A model generated the notes under the pieces. The model saw nothing but the letters and a program-made list of their open reading frames with translations, ran no database searches and was not told the origin of the DNA. Below are positions 37,662-47,630 of a stretch of DNA of 64,000 nt, in pieces. The first letter of the stretch is position 1; each line of letters opens with the position of its first letter. This DNA is from Chloroflexota bacterium. GTDB taxonomy: Bacteria > Chloroflexota > UBA11872. The stretch is taken from positions 826,129 to 890,128 of the forward strand of contig CBDBOH010000003.1 in NCBI GenBank assembly GCA_965208215.1. The letters are read 5' to 3'. Made by a program: the position numbers and the translations under genes.

Positions 37662-40196
37662 TCAGCGCGGCGTGACCTGGAGGCCCTCTGGCGGCGCCGG
37701 CTCGAAATCCGGAATCGCCAGCGGTTCGTGCAGAAACACCGCCGGCGCGCTGAAGGTGTTCTGCACCACCCGCCCGTCCGGATACACCTCCAGCCGCTGG
37801 ATGCGGCCGCCAAGGGCGAACGTGATGGCCAACTCAAGCTCGCGACCGTAGACCGACTCGAACGCCACGGCCAGGGCGGCGTCCGACGGCCCGTAGACAT
37901 TGATCCAGTAATCGTTTCCGGCCTGCACAACCAGCGGATACGCCTCGCCGTCCATCTCGAATTGCAGCGAGGCGCGCGCTTCGGTTGCCAGCGTGACGCG
38001 CCAGACGTCGCCGCCGGCGGTGATGGCTTCGTCAAGCGCCTCGCCAGCGCTGTCCATCGTCCCGAACTGGCCCACTGGACGCTCCGCGTCCGCCGCTTCC
38101 ACGAAACGCCGCGCAAAGTCGGCTGTCAGGTCGGTGGCGTTCCAGTACACGACCTGGGTCGACTCGGGCAGAGCCGCCAGAACCTCATCGATGGAGCGAT
38201 CCGTGGTCAGACTCACCACCAGGTCATAGCCGGCCAGCGCCTCCGCCGTGGCGCGCGCGGGCGTAAGGAAGTTGGCCTGCGGCACATACCGCCGCAAGTA
38301 ATGCCGGACCAGTAGACGCTGGCTTTCGAACAGTCCGTTCGTCCCCATGGGGTACGCGTCGGCCGGGTCGCCCACGATGACCGCGCGCGGCAGGTCGTTG
38401 ACGCGCGTCGCTGCGAGCTCCGCCAACTGCGCCTTGGCCAGTTCGTACCGCCGCCACTGGTACGTCTCGTCGGGGAAAAGGTGCGAGCCCTCCCAGAACT
38501 CGTTCCAGCTGTAGATGAAGACTAGGCTGGGGTTGGTGTGCGCCGCCAGCCACGCCGTTTCCTGCAGGTACCGGTTGTCGTCGCGGATCACGCGCGGAAG
38601 CATGTCGCGCGCGGCCACGCCCCGGTTGTCAAAGATGTAGTTCCACGTCACCACGTGATGGCCGAACTGCGACTGCGGAATGTCGACCACAAAGCTGAAC
38701 GGCGCGTAATCGTCCGGCCAGCGCTCGAACGCAAGTTCTTGCACCTGGGATGGCGGCAGGTAGGCGACCGACCAGTCAAAGATCACGTCGACATCCAGCG
38801 ACGTCTCGACCCGCCGCACCAGGTCGGTAAAAAACCACGTCCATGCCTCTGTATCGTCCAGGGCTTCGGGCAAGCCGTACGAGTAGACGACCACTGGCAG
38901 TTGGCCATCCGCGTCGAAGAGCCACAGGTCCCGCGGAATGCCCTCGTAGAACGCGATCACTTCGTCCGCGATCTTGCTCAGGCTGTCCTCGTCGGCCGCG
39001 ATGTATGCACGGTCGCTCAGCACCGCCTGCCCGCCGGCGTTCAGGATTTCCCAGTCGTAGAAGAGGCCGATTCTCAAGTCGTGAAGTCGCAGCGAGTCCA
39101 GCACCGTGCGCGTGGGGGTCAGGCTTCGTCCCGTTTCGTACCACTCCCAGAACACGCCGTCGACGCCCACGTCGCGGATGAGGCGGAAGTTTGCGTCGTA
39201 ATACGCGGGCGACCCCACCTGTTCCCGCGTGATGCCAATCTGCTCCCAGGTCAGCGCGTGGGTGAAAAACTCGCTCGGCACGAAGTCGCGTCGCCACCAA
39301 TCGAAGAAGTGCACGGCGCTCACGGGTCGCGCCGGGAGGCGGAAGTCGTCGCCGTGCGGAACGCTCGCGCGTGGCGGAACGATGCCGATGTCCCGCAGAA
39401 AGTCGGCGATGTCAACCCGCCGCGGCGCCTCGTCGACGTCAGGTTCGTACGCCCAGGCCGCCCGCTGCGCCCGGAGGGCGAAGCCCGCATGCGTCTCGGC
39501 CAGCGCCATTGGCAAACCGTGCAGCACGATGGCTGCGTCCTCGCTTTCCAGGGGTTCGCTCGCCGTTCGGAAGGCCTCGCGCAGCGCCGCCCGCCAGGGT
39601 TCCGGTCCCTCCAGCAGCGCCATGTGGCGGCGCACGACGGCTGGCCAGTCCTGCCCGGCATCCCCCGACCAGTCGGCCGATGGCGGGATCCCCAGCTCGC
39701 TGAGCAGCCGGTCGTCGTACCCCCGCGCCGACAGCATGTCCAGAACATTGACCACGGACACGCCATTGCTGGAGTCCCACCGCAACACGCCGCGTTCGAA
39801 TACCTGCTCGATCCGGCCCTTGCGTTCGAACCGCCGCGACACCGGTGCGCCGATCGTTCGGGCCCCGCCCAGGGCCTGCCACGACGACCACAGGCGTGCG
39901 CCCTCATAGTCGGTCACGGCAAATCCCTCATCGGAGTCGCGCACCGCGAAGAAGGCACCGCCGTCTCGTGCGTCCAGTTGGGCGGCCCGAACACTCCGGG
40001 CATCCACGATCAATACGACCGCAAGCACCGTCAGGGCCGCGAGACGAACACCGGCCCGCGCATACGTCCACCGACGTCCACGTCTCTTGGCCGCGGCGTG
40101 TGCCGACTCGTTCCGCGTGTCGTCAGCCCGTGCTCCGAAGTCGCGACCCGCTTGCCCGCGAGACGCCGAACCTCTACGCCGCGGCAGCCACGTCAT
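37662..40196 (-). CDS. large secreted protein: N-terminal LGFP-like repeats plus central TIM-barrel glycoside-hydrolase-like domain (GH99/GH71-like, tentative), paralog A
   Basis: The probable start is ATG around 40196 (MTWLPRRRG...VRLAALTVLAVVLIV signal); the track ORF extends to 40382. LGFP-like block ARLWSSWQALGGARTIGAPVSRRFERKGRIEQVFERGVLRWD. The central region has VHFFDWW..., WEWYETG, GLFYDWE and IYSWNEFWEGSHLFPDE, which resemble the AFYYLWYG / SFNEWHEG blocks of GH99 as I recall them. Confidence 0.55.
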   Translation of the reverse strand: MTWLPRRRGSASRGQAGRDFGARADDTRNESAHAAAKRRGRRWTYARAGVRLAALTVLAVVLIVDARSVRAAQLDARDGGAFFAVRDSDEGFAVTDYEGARLWSSWQALGGARTIGAPVSRRFERKGRIEQVFERGVLRWDSSNGVSVVNVLDMLSARGYDDRLLSELGIPPSADWSGDAGQDWPAVVRRHMALLEGPEPWRAALREAFRTASEPLESEDAAIVLHGLPMALAETHAGFALRAQRAAWAYEPDVDEAPRRVDIADFLRDIGIVPPRASVPHGDDFRLPARPVSAVHFFDWWRRDFVPSEFFTHALTWEQIGITREQVGSPAYYDANFRLIRDVGVDGVFWEWYETGRSLTPTRTVLDSLRLHDLRIGLFYDWEILNAGGQAVLSDRAYIAADEDSLSKIADEVIAFYEGIPRDLWLFDADGQLPVVVYSYGLPEALDDTEAWTWFFTDLVRRVETSLDVDVIFDWSVAYLPPSQVQELAFERWPDDYAPFSFVVDIPQSQFGHHVVTWNYIFDNRGVAARDMLPRVIRDDNRYLQETAWLAAHTNPSLVFIYSWNEFWEGSHLFPDETYQWRRYELAKAQLAELAATRVNDLPRAVIVGDPADAYPMGTNGLFESQRLLVRHYLRRYVPQANFLTPARATAEALAGYDLVVSLTTDRSIDEVLAALPESTQVVYWNATDLTADFARRFVEAADAERPVGQFGTMDSAGEALDEAITAGGDVWRVTLATEARASLQFEMDGEAYPLVVQAGNDYWINVYGPSDAALAVAFESVYGRELELAITFALGGRIQRLEVYPDGRVVQNTFSAPAVFLHEPLAIPDFEPAPPEGLQVTPR

Positions 40197-42600
40197 CCGC
40201 AAGCCCCGCCGGTGGAACCGGCTCAAAGTCCGGAACCGCCAGTGGTTCGTGAACATAGACCGCGGGCGCGCTAAACGTGTTCTGCACCACCCGGCCGTCA
40301 GGGTAGATCTCCAGCCGCTGGCTCCGGTGGCCAAGCGCGAACGTGATCGCCGGTTCGAGTTCCCGGCCATAAACGGTCGCAAACGCCGCCGCCAGGACGG
40401 CCTCGTTTGGTCCGTACACGTTGATCCAGTGGTCGTTACCGGCCTGCACGACCAGCGGATACGACACGTTCTCGTACTCGAACGCCAGCGTCACCACGGC
40501 GTCATCGGCCAGCGTAGCCAGCCACACATCGTGGCTCACGCTGATCGAGCCGTCCGTAAACTGCCCGTCCTCGCCCAGGATCCTGAAGTGCCCCTGCGGC
40601 CGCGTCTCCCTCGCCCCCTCCGCAAAGCGCTGCGCCAGTGCCGTCGTCAGGTCCGTGGCATTCCAGTAGACAATCTGAACCTCATCGGGCAGGGCGCCCA
40701 ACGCCGCGTCCACCGAACGATCGGTCGTGAGGCTTACGACCAGGTCGTAGCCGACCAGGGCGTCAGCCGTGGCTCGCTCCGGCGTGATGTAGTCGGCCTG
40801 CGGCACGTAGCGCCGCAGGGTGTGCCGAATATGCAGACGCTGACTCTCGAAGAGGCCGCTGGCGCCGGCCGGATAGGCGTCGACGGCGTCGCCGATGATG
40901 ACCGCGCGGGGCAGATCGTCGGACCGCGTCTCGGCAAGCTCGGCCAGCTGCGCCTGCGCCAGTTCGTAGCGCCGCCACTCGTAGGTTTCGTCAGGAAAGA
41001 GGTGCGAGCCTTCCCAGAATTCGTTCCAGCTATAGATGAACACCAGGCTCGGCCGGGTGTGCGCCGCCAGCCAGGCGGTTTCCTGCAGGTACCGGTTGTC
41101 GTCGCGGACAACGCGAAGCAGCCCGTCCCGCGCCGCAACGCCCCGGTTGTCGAAAATGTAGTTCCAGGTCACCACGTGGTGCCCGAACTGCCACTGCGGC
41201 GTGTCGACCACGAAGTTAAACGGCGCATAGTCGTCCGGCCACCGCTCGAACGCTAGTTCGTGGACTCGTGACGAAGCCGACCAGTCGAAGATCACGTCGA
41301 CCTCCAGCGCGGTCTCAACCCGCCGTACCAGTTCGGTGAAGAACCAGGTCCATCCGTCCGTGTCGCCCAGATCGTCCGGGAAGCCGTAGGCATAGACAAT
41401 CACCGGGAGCTGGCCGTCGGCGTCGTAGAGCCACATATCGCGCGGGATCCCCTGGTAGAAGGCGATCACCTCGTCCGAGATCTTGCTCACGCTTGGCTCG
41501 TCCGGTGCGATATACGCGCGGTCGCTCAGCACAGCCTGTCCTCCGGAGTGCAGCACTTCCCAGTCGTAGAACAGCCCGATTCGCAGGTCATGCCGACGCA
41601 GCGAGTCCAGCACCGTGTGGGTGGGCGTCAGGCTTTCGCCCGTCAGGTACCACTCCCACATCACCCCGTCCACGCCCAGGTCGCGGATCAGCCGGAAATT
41701 GGCGTCGTAGTAGGCGGGCGACCCCACCTGTTCGCGCGTGATCCCGATCCGTTCCCAGTTCAGGCCATGGGTGAAAAACTCGCTCGGCACGTAATCGTGG
41801 TGCCACCAGTCGAAGAATTGGACCACGCTGACGGGACGTGGCGGCAGCCTGAAGTCCGGGCCATGCGGCACCGTGGCGCGCCGTGGGACCAGATCGGTGC
41901 CCTTCAAAAGGCCGGCGATATCCACCCGCCGCGGTGCGTCGTCCACGTCTGGGTCGTAAACCCAGGCCGCCCGCTGGGCCCGCAGGGCATAGCCGGCATG
42001 CGTATCCGCCACCGCCATGGGCAGACCGTGCAGCAAGATCGCCGACGCGTCGCTGCCCAGCGGTTCGCCCGCCGTATAGAAGGCGTGGCGCAGTGCCGTT
42101 CGCCAGGGTTCGGATCCGTCCAGCAGCGCCATGTGACGGCGCTGAACCGTCGGCCAGTCCTGACCGGCGTCGCCCGACCAGTCGGTGGATGCCGGGATCC
42201 CGAAGTCCGCAAGCAGACGCTCGTTGTATCCCCGTGTGGCCAGCAGGTCCAGAGCGTTGACTACGGATACCCCGCTGCTGGCGTCCCAGCGCAGCACGCC
42301 ACGCTCGAATACTTGCGTGAGTCTGCCGCTGAGTTGGAATCGTCGCGAGACCGGCGCGCCAAGCGTGCGGACTCCGCCCAGGTCCTGCCACGATGTCCAC
42401 AAGCGCGCGCCGTCGTGGTCGGTCACGGCAAACCCACGATCCGGCGAGCCGGCCGCGAAGAATGCGCCGCCAGCGTTCGAGGTGTCCGCCTCGGCCGCCT
42501 GAGCGACCGGCGCCGTGCTCGCCGCAAGGCCCGCGATGCACGCCACCAGCACGACCGCCCGCAGGCGGTCCGCAAGGCGGCGCCGACCGGTCCTGATCAC
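40174..42600 (-). CDS. large secreted LGFP-like plus GH99/GH71-like protein, paralog B (about 70% identical to A)
   Basis: Signal MIRTGRRRLADRLRAVVLVACIAGLAASTAPVAQA. The same domain order and motifs as paralog A (VQFFDWWHHDYVPSEFFTH, IYSWNEFWEGSHLFPDE). Confidence 0.55.
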   Translation of the reverse strand: MIRTGRRRLADRLRAVVLVACIAGLAASTAPVAQAAEADTSNAGGAFFAAGSPDRGFAVTDHDGARLWTSWQDLGGVRTLGAPVSRRFQLSGRLTQVFERGVLRWDASSGVSVVNALDLLATRGYNERLLADFGIPASTDWSGDAGQDWPTVQRRHMALLDGSEPWRTALRHAFYTAGEPLGSDASAILLHGLPMAVADTHAGYALRAQRAAWVYDPDVDDAPRRVDIAGLLKGTDLVPRRATVPHGPDFRLPPRPVSVVQFFDWWHHDYVPSEFFTHGLNWERIGITREQVGSPAYYDANFRLIRDLGVDGVMWEWYLTGESLTPTHTVLDSLRRHDLRIGLFYDWEVLHSGGQAVLSDRAYIAPDEPSVSKISDEVIAFYQGIPRDMWLYDADGQLPVIVYAYGFPDDLGDTDGWTWFFTELVRRVETALEVDVIFDWSASSRVHELAFERWPDDYAPFNFVVDTPQWQFGHHVVTWNYIFDNRGVAARDGLLRVVRDDNRYLQETAWLAAHTRPSLVFIYSWNEFWEGSHLFPDETYEWRRYELAQAQLAELAETRSDDLPRAVIIGDAVDAYPAGASGLFESQRLHIRHTLRRYVPQADYITPERATADALVGYDLVVSLTTDRSVDAALGALPDEVQIVYWNATDLTTALAQRFAEGARETRPQGHFRILGEDGQFTDGSISVSHDVWLATLADDAVVTLAFEYENVSYPLVVQAGNDHWINVYGPNEAVLAAAFATVYGRELEPAITFALGHRSQRLEIYPDGRVVQNTFSAPAVYVHEPLAVPDFEPVPPAGLADDVAAAA

Positions 42601-42649
42601 GCCAGCGCCAACCTACAGCCGGCTGATTGTCGTCACGCGTACCGTCGAC

Positions 42650-43702
42650 TCAGTCGAGGGGCAGGCTGACGCGCCGACCGTCCCGCGCCGACCGCGTGGC
42701 CGCCTCCATGAACTCCATGTACTTGAAGGCCCGCGCAAAACTCGGCGCCAGCCCCGTGTCGTGGCTCCCCGTGCGGATGGCGTCGATGAAGTCGGTTTCC
42801 ACGTTCGGGTCGTAGTGCTCGTCCGCCGGGATCTCGATCGGCGACAGCTCGTCATCGTCCGACGTGGCGCCGGCAATCGTGTCGTGGTCGAAGTCGTACA
42901 CCAGCGTCCCCCGGTCGCCGTACAGCCAGACCTCGGTCGCCGGCTCGTGATGTGCCAGCCCCGACCACTGGTACACGTAGTCGGCGCCCGACACCAACTC
43001 ACCCATCGCGGTGAATGAATCGGGCACGCGTACCGGTTCAAGAGCGTTGGTCTCCGGGTTGCGTCGCTCTTTGATGTGCACGGGCGTCATGGCCTGCACG
43101 TCGCGTTCCAGACCGACCCAGCGCTGCAGGGCTTCCACCATGATTCCCACGTTCATCACGTTGTAGCCGCTGACGTCGAAGTCCTGCCGCCAGTGCAGGA
43201 TGTCGTTCGTCACCGCCGTGTCCCCAAACGACGACATGCGAACCTGTCGCAGCCTGCCGATGAAGCGGTCAATCTTCAGCAGGCGAAGCATCGTGCGATC
43301 GCCGGCGACCCCGATCCCCGGGGGACAGACTGCCGCGACAAGCCCGGGGTTGCGTTCCGAAGCGTCCAGCATCTCGCGGGCTTCGGCCAGGTTGCGCGCC
43401 ATGCGCGCTTGGCAGAACACGTGCCTGCCCGCCTCCAGGGCGGCCACCGAGACCCGTGCGTGCATGTACGGCGTGGCGCCGATCCAGACGATGTCCACGT
43501 CGGGGTGCTCCACCACGGCACGCCAGTCGTCCAGCACGTTCGGCACGCTGTAATCGGCGGCGAACGCCTCGGCTGTCGCGCGCCGCCGGTTCGTCACCGC
43601 CACGAACGCGATGTCTTCTACTTCCGCCAGGTTCGGCATGTGCCGCGTGCGCACGATGTCGCCCGCGCCGACAATGCCGATGCCGAGGCTGCCATTGGAC
43701 AT
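42650..43702 (-). CDS. Gfo/Idh/MocA-family NAD(P)-dependent oxidoreductase
   Basis: Start ATG around 43702 (MSNGSLGIGIVGAGDIVRTRHMPNL), Rossmann GxGxxG and the C-terminal alpha/beta domain typical of the family. Confidence 0.8.
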   Translation of the reverse strand: MSNGSLGIGIVGAGDIVRTRHMPNLAEVEDIAFVAVTNRRRATAEAFAADYSVPNVLDDWRAVVEHPDVDIVWIGATPYMHARVSVAALEAGRHVFCQARMARNLAEAREMLDASERNPGLVAAVCPPGIGVAGDRTMLRLLKIDRFIGRLRQVRMSSFGDTAVTNDILHWRQDFDVSGYNVMNVGIMVEALQRWVGLERDVQAMTPVHIKERRNPETNALEPVRVPDSFTAMGELVSGADYVYQWSGLAHHEPATEVWLYGDRGTLVYDFDHDTIAGATSDDDELSPIEIPADEHYDPNVETDFIDAIRTGSHDTGLAPSFARAFKYMEFMEAATRSARDGRRVSLPLD

Positions 43703-43864
43703 GTGAGTTCCTGATTCGGAGGATCGCTGCCGCGGCATCATGGCACGCCCCGCGCCGGTTCGCGCGTGATCGGTCTGCCGTCCAGAATGGGTGCTGCAGC
43801 GAGCCGATGCCGGGATCGACGAATCGGATGAGCCGACACATGCGGCATTGCCGCAGGCCGTCGC

Positions 43865-44845
43865 ATGCCTGAGCCCGCCTCAATCCGCGTCGCCATCGTC
43901 GGCAGCGGCGGGATGGCCGTGGCTCGCGCCGAGCGCATCGCGGCCCGCGCCGACATCGATCTCGTGACTATCGCCGGTCGCAATCCCGAAACTCGCGCCC
44001 CGCTGGCCGCCCGCTTCGGCGTCGAGCACACCGAGGACTGGAAATCTGTCGTCGCGCGTCCCGACGTGGATGCGGTCATAGTCACGACCCACCCCGACAC
44101 CCATGCCCCAATGGGCGCGGCGGCCCTGGCGGCCGGCAAGCACCTCTTCAGCGAATCCCCGCTGGCGCTTACACCCCTCGACGCCGGCCGGCTGCTCCGC
44201 CTCGCCGATCAGGGCAACTTGATCATTCGGGTAGCGCACACAAGCCCACTCCGCCCTGGACCGCGCCTGGTCCGCGAGCAGGTCGTCGAGCTGGGCGGCG
44301 CGCTGCACGACGACCTGGTAATACATTTTCCCTTCGACCTGCGCGCTGGCCGCGACGCCGGATTCGATCAGCGCATCAGCGGCCATCCCCTCGTGTACGC
44401 CATCCTCCTGGGCTACCCCGTCATCTACCGTCGCGGGCCAATTACCCACATCGCCGCGGCTGCCACCATGGAGCCGGCGGGCCAAGTCTTCGATCGGGCT
44501 GTGGCGGTCGTCAGCCTGAGGTTCCAGGACGGCGGCCTGGCAACCATCGCCTACCGACGAGGCTTCGATGGCTCGTCGGAGTCGGGCCGCACGGTCGTGT
44601 GTCGGCAGGGCGTGGTCGACTTCAGTGAAGCCGCCGACCACGTTGGCGTCAGTGACGCCGACGGGGCGCGACTGCTGCCCATTCCCGATGCGGACCCCTG
44701 GAACGACGAGCTGAGCGAGTTCGTCGGCGCCATTCGCGAAGGCCGCCCGATGTCCGTCTCGGCCCAGGAAGCCGCGAGGATCGTGGACATCATCGACGCG
44801 GCCCGTCGCGCGGTGGACAACGGCGCTTCAATCACCTGCCCGTAG
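43865..44845 (+). CDS. Gfo/Idh/MocA-family oxidoreductase (divergent partner)
   Basis: IRVAIVGSGGMAVARAERIAA... Rossmann start, EKPLA-like SESPLALT motif, 326 aa. Confidence 0.8.
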   Translation: MPEPASIRVAIVGSGGMAVARAERIAARADIDLVTIAGRNPETRAPLAARFGVEHTEDWKSVVARPDVDAVIVTTHPDTHAPMGAAALAAGKHLFSESPLALTPLDAGRLLRLADQGNLIIRVAHTSPLRPGPRLVREQVVELGGALHDDLVIHFPFDLRAGRDAGFDQRISGHPLVYAILLGYPVIYRRGPITHIAAAATMEPAGQVFDRAVAVVSLRFQDGGLATIAYRRGFDGSSESGRTVVCRQGVVDFSEAADHVGVSDADGARLLPIPDADPWNDELSEFVGAIREGRPMSVSAQEAARIVDIIDAARRAVDNGASITCP

Positions 44846-44896
44846 GCTCACAGTTGGCGCGAACGCGCCAATCGTCAATCATTCGGACTGGCGAAC

Positions 44897-46258
44897 TTGG
44901 TTGTCAGGTTTTCGCCGGGAGGACGTGCGCAGGCTCGACCCATGACCAGCGATAGCCCGGCAGCCCCGCCCTCGCCGCTCGACGGTCCCGCCGCCCGGCG
45001 CTCCCGCCTGGCCCGACACCGAGACCGCCTGGCGCCCGCCTTTGCCCACCGCGACTTCGTCCGGCTTTGGCGCGCCAACCTGGGAACCATGATGGCCTAC
45101 TGGATGCAGAACGTCGCCCAGGGCTGGCTGGTCGCCGTCATCACCGAGTCCCCGCTCATCCTCGGCACGTTGGCCATGATTCGCGCCATCCCCATGCTCT
45201 TCCTCTCGCCCTTCGGCGGGGTGCTGGCCGATCGGGTCAGCCGCACGAAGTTGCTCATCACCTCGCAATTGCTCTTTACCGTGGCCGGCCTTGCCATTGG
45301 CGTGCTGGTCGCGACTGGCCGCATCGAGGTCTGGCACCTGGCGGTCTCCAGCGTCATGGCCGGCACGTCGTTCGCCATCAGCGTGCCGTCCCGCAACGCC
45401 CTGGTCTCCGACCTGGTACCGCGGCGGCAAGTCGGTAACGCCATCGCGCTCACCAGCACCACCATGAACGCCTCCCGCATCGTCGGCCCGGCGCTGGCGG
45501 GATGGCTGATCGGTGTGATCGGTATCGCCGGCACCTACTTCGTGCAGACCGGTGGCTACCTGTGGGGCATGGTCAACGTTCTGGCGGTCCGCGGCGGCGA
45601 TCAGCACCCCAGGACCCGCGGCTCGCCGTTCGCCGCGCTTCGCGACGGGTTCAAGTTTGCCTTCAGCACCCGCCCGCTGGCCGCACTGCTCCTCCTGGGA
45701 CTCTCGCCGTCCCTTTTCAGCATGCCGATGATCTTCATCCTGCCCATCTTCGTGAAGCAGGACCTGAAGGCGGGATCCGAGGAATTGGGCCTGGTGCTGG
45801 CCGCCCAGGGCATTGGCGCGGTCATCGGGTCGGTGGCCGTGGTCGCTCACGCCGGAAGCCGTCGGAAAGGCCCGATCGTCATGCTGAGCGCCGCCGCCTT
45901 TGGCGTCGCAATCATCGCGCTTGGGCTAACCCGCTCGCCCCTGGCGGCCGGGATCGTCATGGCGTTCGCCGGCCTCTTTTCGGCCGTCTACATGGCCAAC
46001 AACCAGACCATGATTCAACTTCTCGCGCCCAATCGGCTACGCGGCCGCGTCATGTCGATCTGGATGCTCGGCTGGGGCCTCACGCCGCTGGGACTGATGC
46101 CAATCTCGATCGTGGCCGAAAACTTCGGCATGCCGACGGCCATGGTGCTGGGCGGCAGCCTGAGTGTCGCCGTTGTGCTCTTCATCATGGTCTGGGGCCG
46201 CGTGCTCTGGACCCTCGACGCCGAGGCGGCCGTCGACCCGTCCGACGAATCCGCCTAG
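44897..46258 (+). CDS. MFS transporter (EntS/DUF894-like), paralog 2
   Basis: Start TTG 44897 or ATG 44942. DFVRLWRANLGTMMAYWMQ..., FGGVLADRVSRTKLL, 12 TM helices. Confidence 0.8.
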   Translation: MVVRFSPGGRAQARPMTSDSPAAPPSPLDGPAARRSRLARHRDRLAPAFAHRDFVRLWRANLGTMMAYWMQNVAQGWLVAVITESPLILGTLAMIRAIPMLFLSPFGGVLADRVSRTKLLITSQLLFTVAGLAIGVLVATGRIEVWHLAVSSVMAGTSFAISVPSRNALVSDLVPRRQVGNAIALTSTTMNASRIVGPALAGWLIGVIGIAGTYFVQTGGYLWGMVNVLAVRGGDQHPRTRGSPFAALRDGFKFAFSTRPLAALLLLGLSPSLFSMPMIFILPIFVKQDLKAGSEELGLVLAAQGIGAVIGSVAVVAHAGSRRKGPIVMLSAAAFGVAIIALGLTRSPLAAGIVMAFAGLFSAVYMANNQTMIQLLAPNRLRGRVMSIWMLGWGLTPLGLMPISIVAENFGMPTAMVLGGSLSVAVVLFIMVWGRVLWTLDAEAAVDPSDESA

Positions 46259-46267
46259 GAAGAACCC

Positions 46268-47578
46268 TTGACCCACGGTGGTACCGGCGCCCCACAATCG
46301 GTGCCGGAGGCTCCCGGGCAGCGTTCCTCAAGGTTGGTCCGGCTGCGCGACCGCCTGGCCCCCGCCTTTGCCCACCCCGACTTCGTCCGCCTGTGGCGCG
46401 CCAACGTGGGGTCCACGATGGCCTTCTGGATGTATGGCGTCGCCGAGGGCTGGCTGGTCGCGGTCATCACCGAGTCCCCGCTCATCCTGGGCACCCTGGT
46501 CATGATCCGTGCGATTCCCCTTCTGGTGCTGTCGCCGTTTGGAGGGGTGCTGGCCGATCGGCTGAGCCGTACGCGGCTGCTTATGTCCGCCCAGGTGCTG
46601 ATGAGCCTTGCCGGCCTCGCGATTGGCCTGCTGGTGGCTACGGACGCCATCCAGGTCTGGCATCTGGCTGTTTCGGCCATGGTGATCGGTGCCTCGTTTG
46701 CCATCATCCTGCCGACTCGTACCGCCCTGGTCTCCGACCTGGTGCCCCGGCGGTACGTGGGCAACGCTGTGGCGCTGACCAATGCCACGCAGAACGCGTC
46801 GAGCATCATCGGTCCGGCGCTTGCCGGCACCCTGATTGGCCTCATCGGCATCGCCGGCACCTTCTTCGTGCAGGCCTTCGGCTATGTCTGGGGCACGCTC
46901 AACATCCTCACGATTCGAGGCGGCGGACATCATCGAGGGAGCGCTGGGTCCACCCTTGCCGCCCTTCGTGACGGATTCGCCTACGCCTTTCGCACACGGC
47001 ACCTGGCCGCGCTCCTCCTGCTGGTACTGTCCCCGTCCCTGTTCAGCATGCCGATGATCATGATCCTGCCGATCTTCGTGAAGCAGGACCTGCAGGCCGG
47101 ATCTGTTGAGCTCGGCTTGGTCCTCGCGGCACAGGGCGTCGGCGCGGTCATCGGCTCGCTCGTCGTGGTCGCCTACGCCAACCACCGTCACAAGGGTCCG
47201 GTCGTCATGCTCAGTGCCGCCGCCTTCGGCGCGCTGATCGCGGTACTTGGCCTGACCCGCTCGCCCTTGACGGCCGGGATCGTCATGGCCTTCGCCGGTT
47301 TCTTCTTCGCGACCTACATGGCCACCAACCAGACCATGATTCAACTCCTTACGCCGGCTCGGCTGCGCGGGCGCGTAATGTCCATCTGGATGCTCGGCTG
47401 GGGGCTTACGCCGCTGGGGCTGCTACCCATCTCGTTTGTGGCCGAACAGCGCGGCATGCCGGCGGCCATAGTCCTCGGCGGCGGCCTCAGCGTCGCGGTT
47501 GTGCTGGTCATCATGGTCTGGGGTCGCCTGCTCTGGACCATCGACGCCGACGCGGCCGTCGACCCCTCGGAGGACTGA
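46268..47578 (+). CDS. MFS transporter (EntS/DUF894-like), paralog 3 (tandem duplicate of 44897..46258, about 80% identical)
   Basis: DFVRLWRANVGSTMAFWMYG..., FGGVLADRLSRTRLL, colinear with paralog 2. Confidence 0.8.
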   Translation: MTHGGTGAPQSVPEAPGQRSSRLVRLRDRLAPAFAHPDFVRLWRANVGSTMAFWMYGVAEGWLVAVITESPLILGTLVMIRAIPLLVLSPFGGVLADRLSRTRLLMSAQVLMSLAGLAIGLLVATDAIQVWHLAVSAMVIGASFAIILPTRTALVSDLVPRRYVGNAVALTNATQNASSIIGPALAGTLIGLIGIAGTFFVQAFGYVWGTLNILTIRGGGHHRGSAGSTLAALRDGFAYAFRTRHLAALLLLVLSPSLFSMPMIMILPIFVKQDLQAGSVELGLVLAAQGVGAVIGSLVVVAYANHRHKGPVVMLSAAAFGALIAVLGLTRSPLTAGIVMAFAGFFFATYMATNQTMIQLLTPARLRGRVMSIWMLGWGLTPLGLLPISFVAEQRGMPAAIVLGGGLSVAVVLVIMVWGRLLWTIDADAAVDPSED

Positions 47579-47630
47579 CGCCGCCCCGCCGTACTACCAT
47601 CGGCCGGTCCCTCTCCTCGGGAGACGGCGA

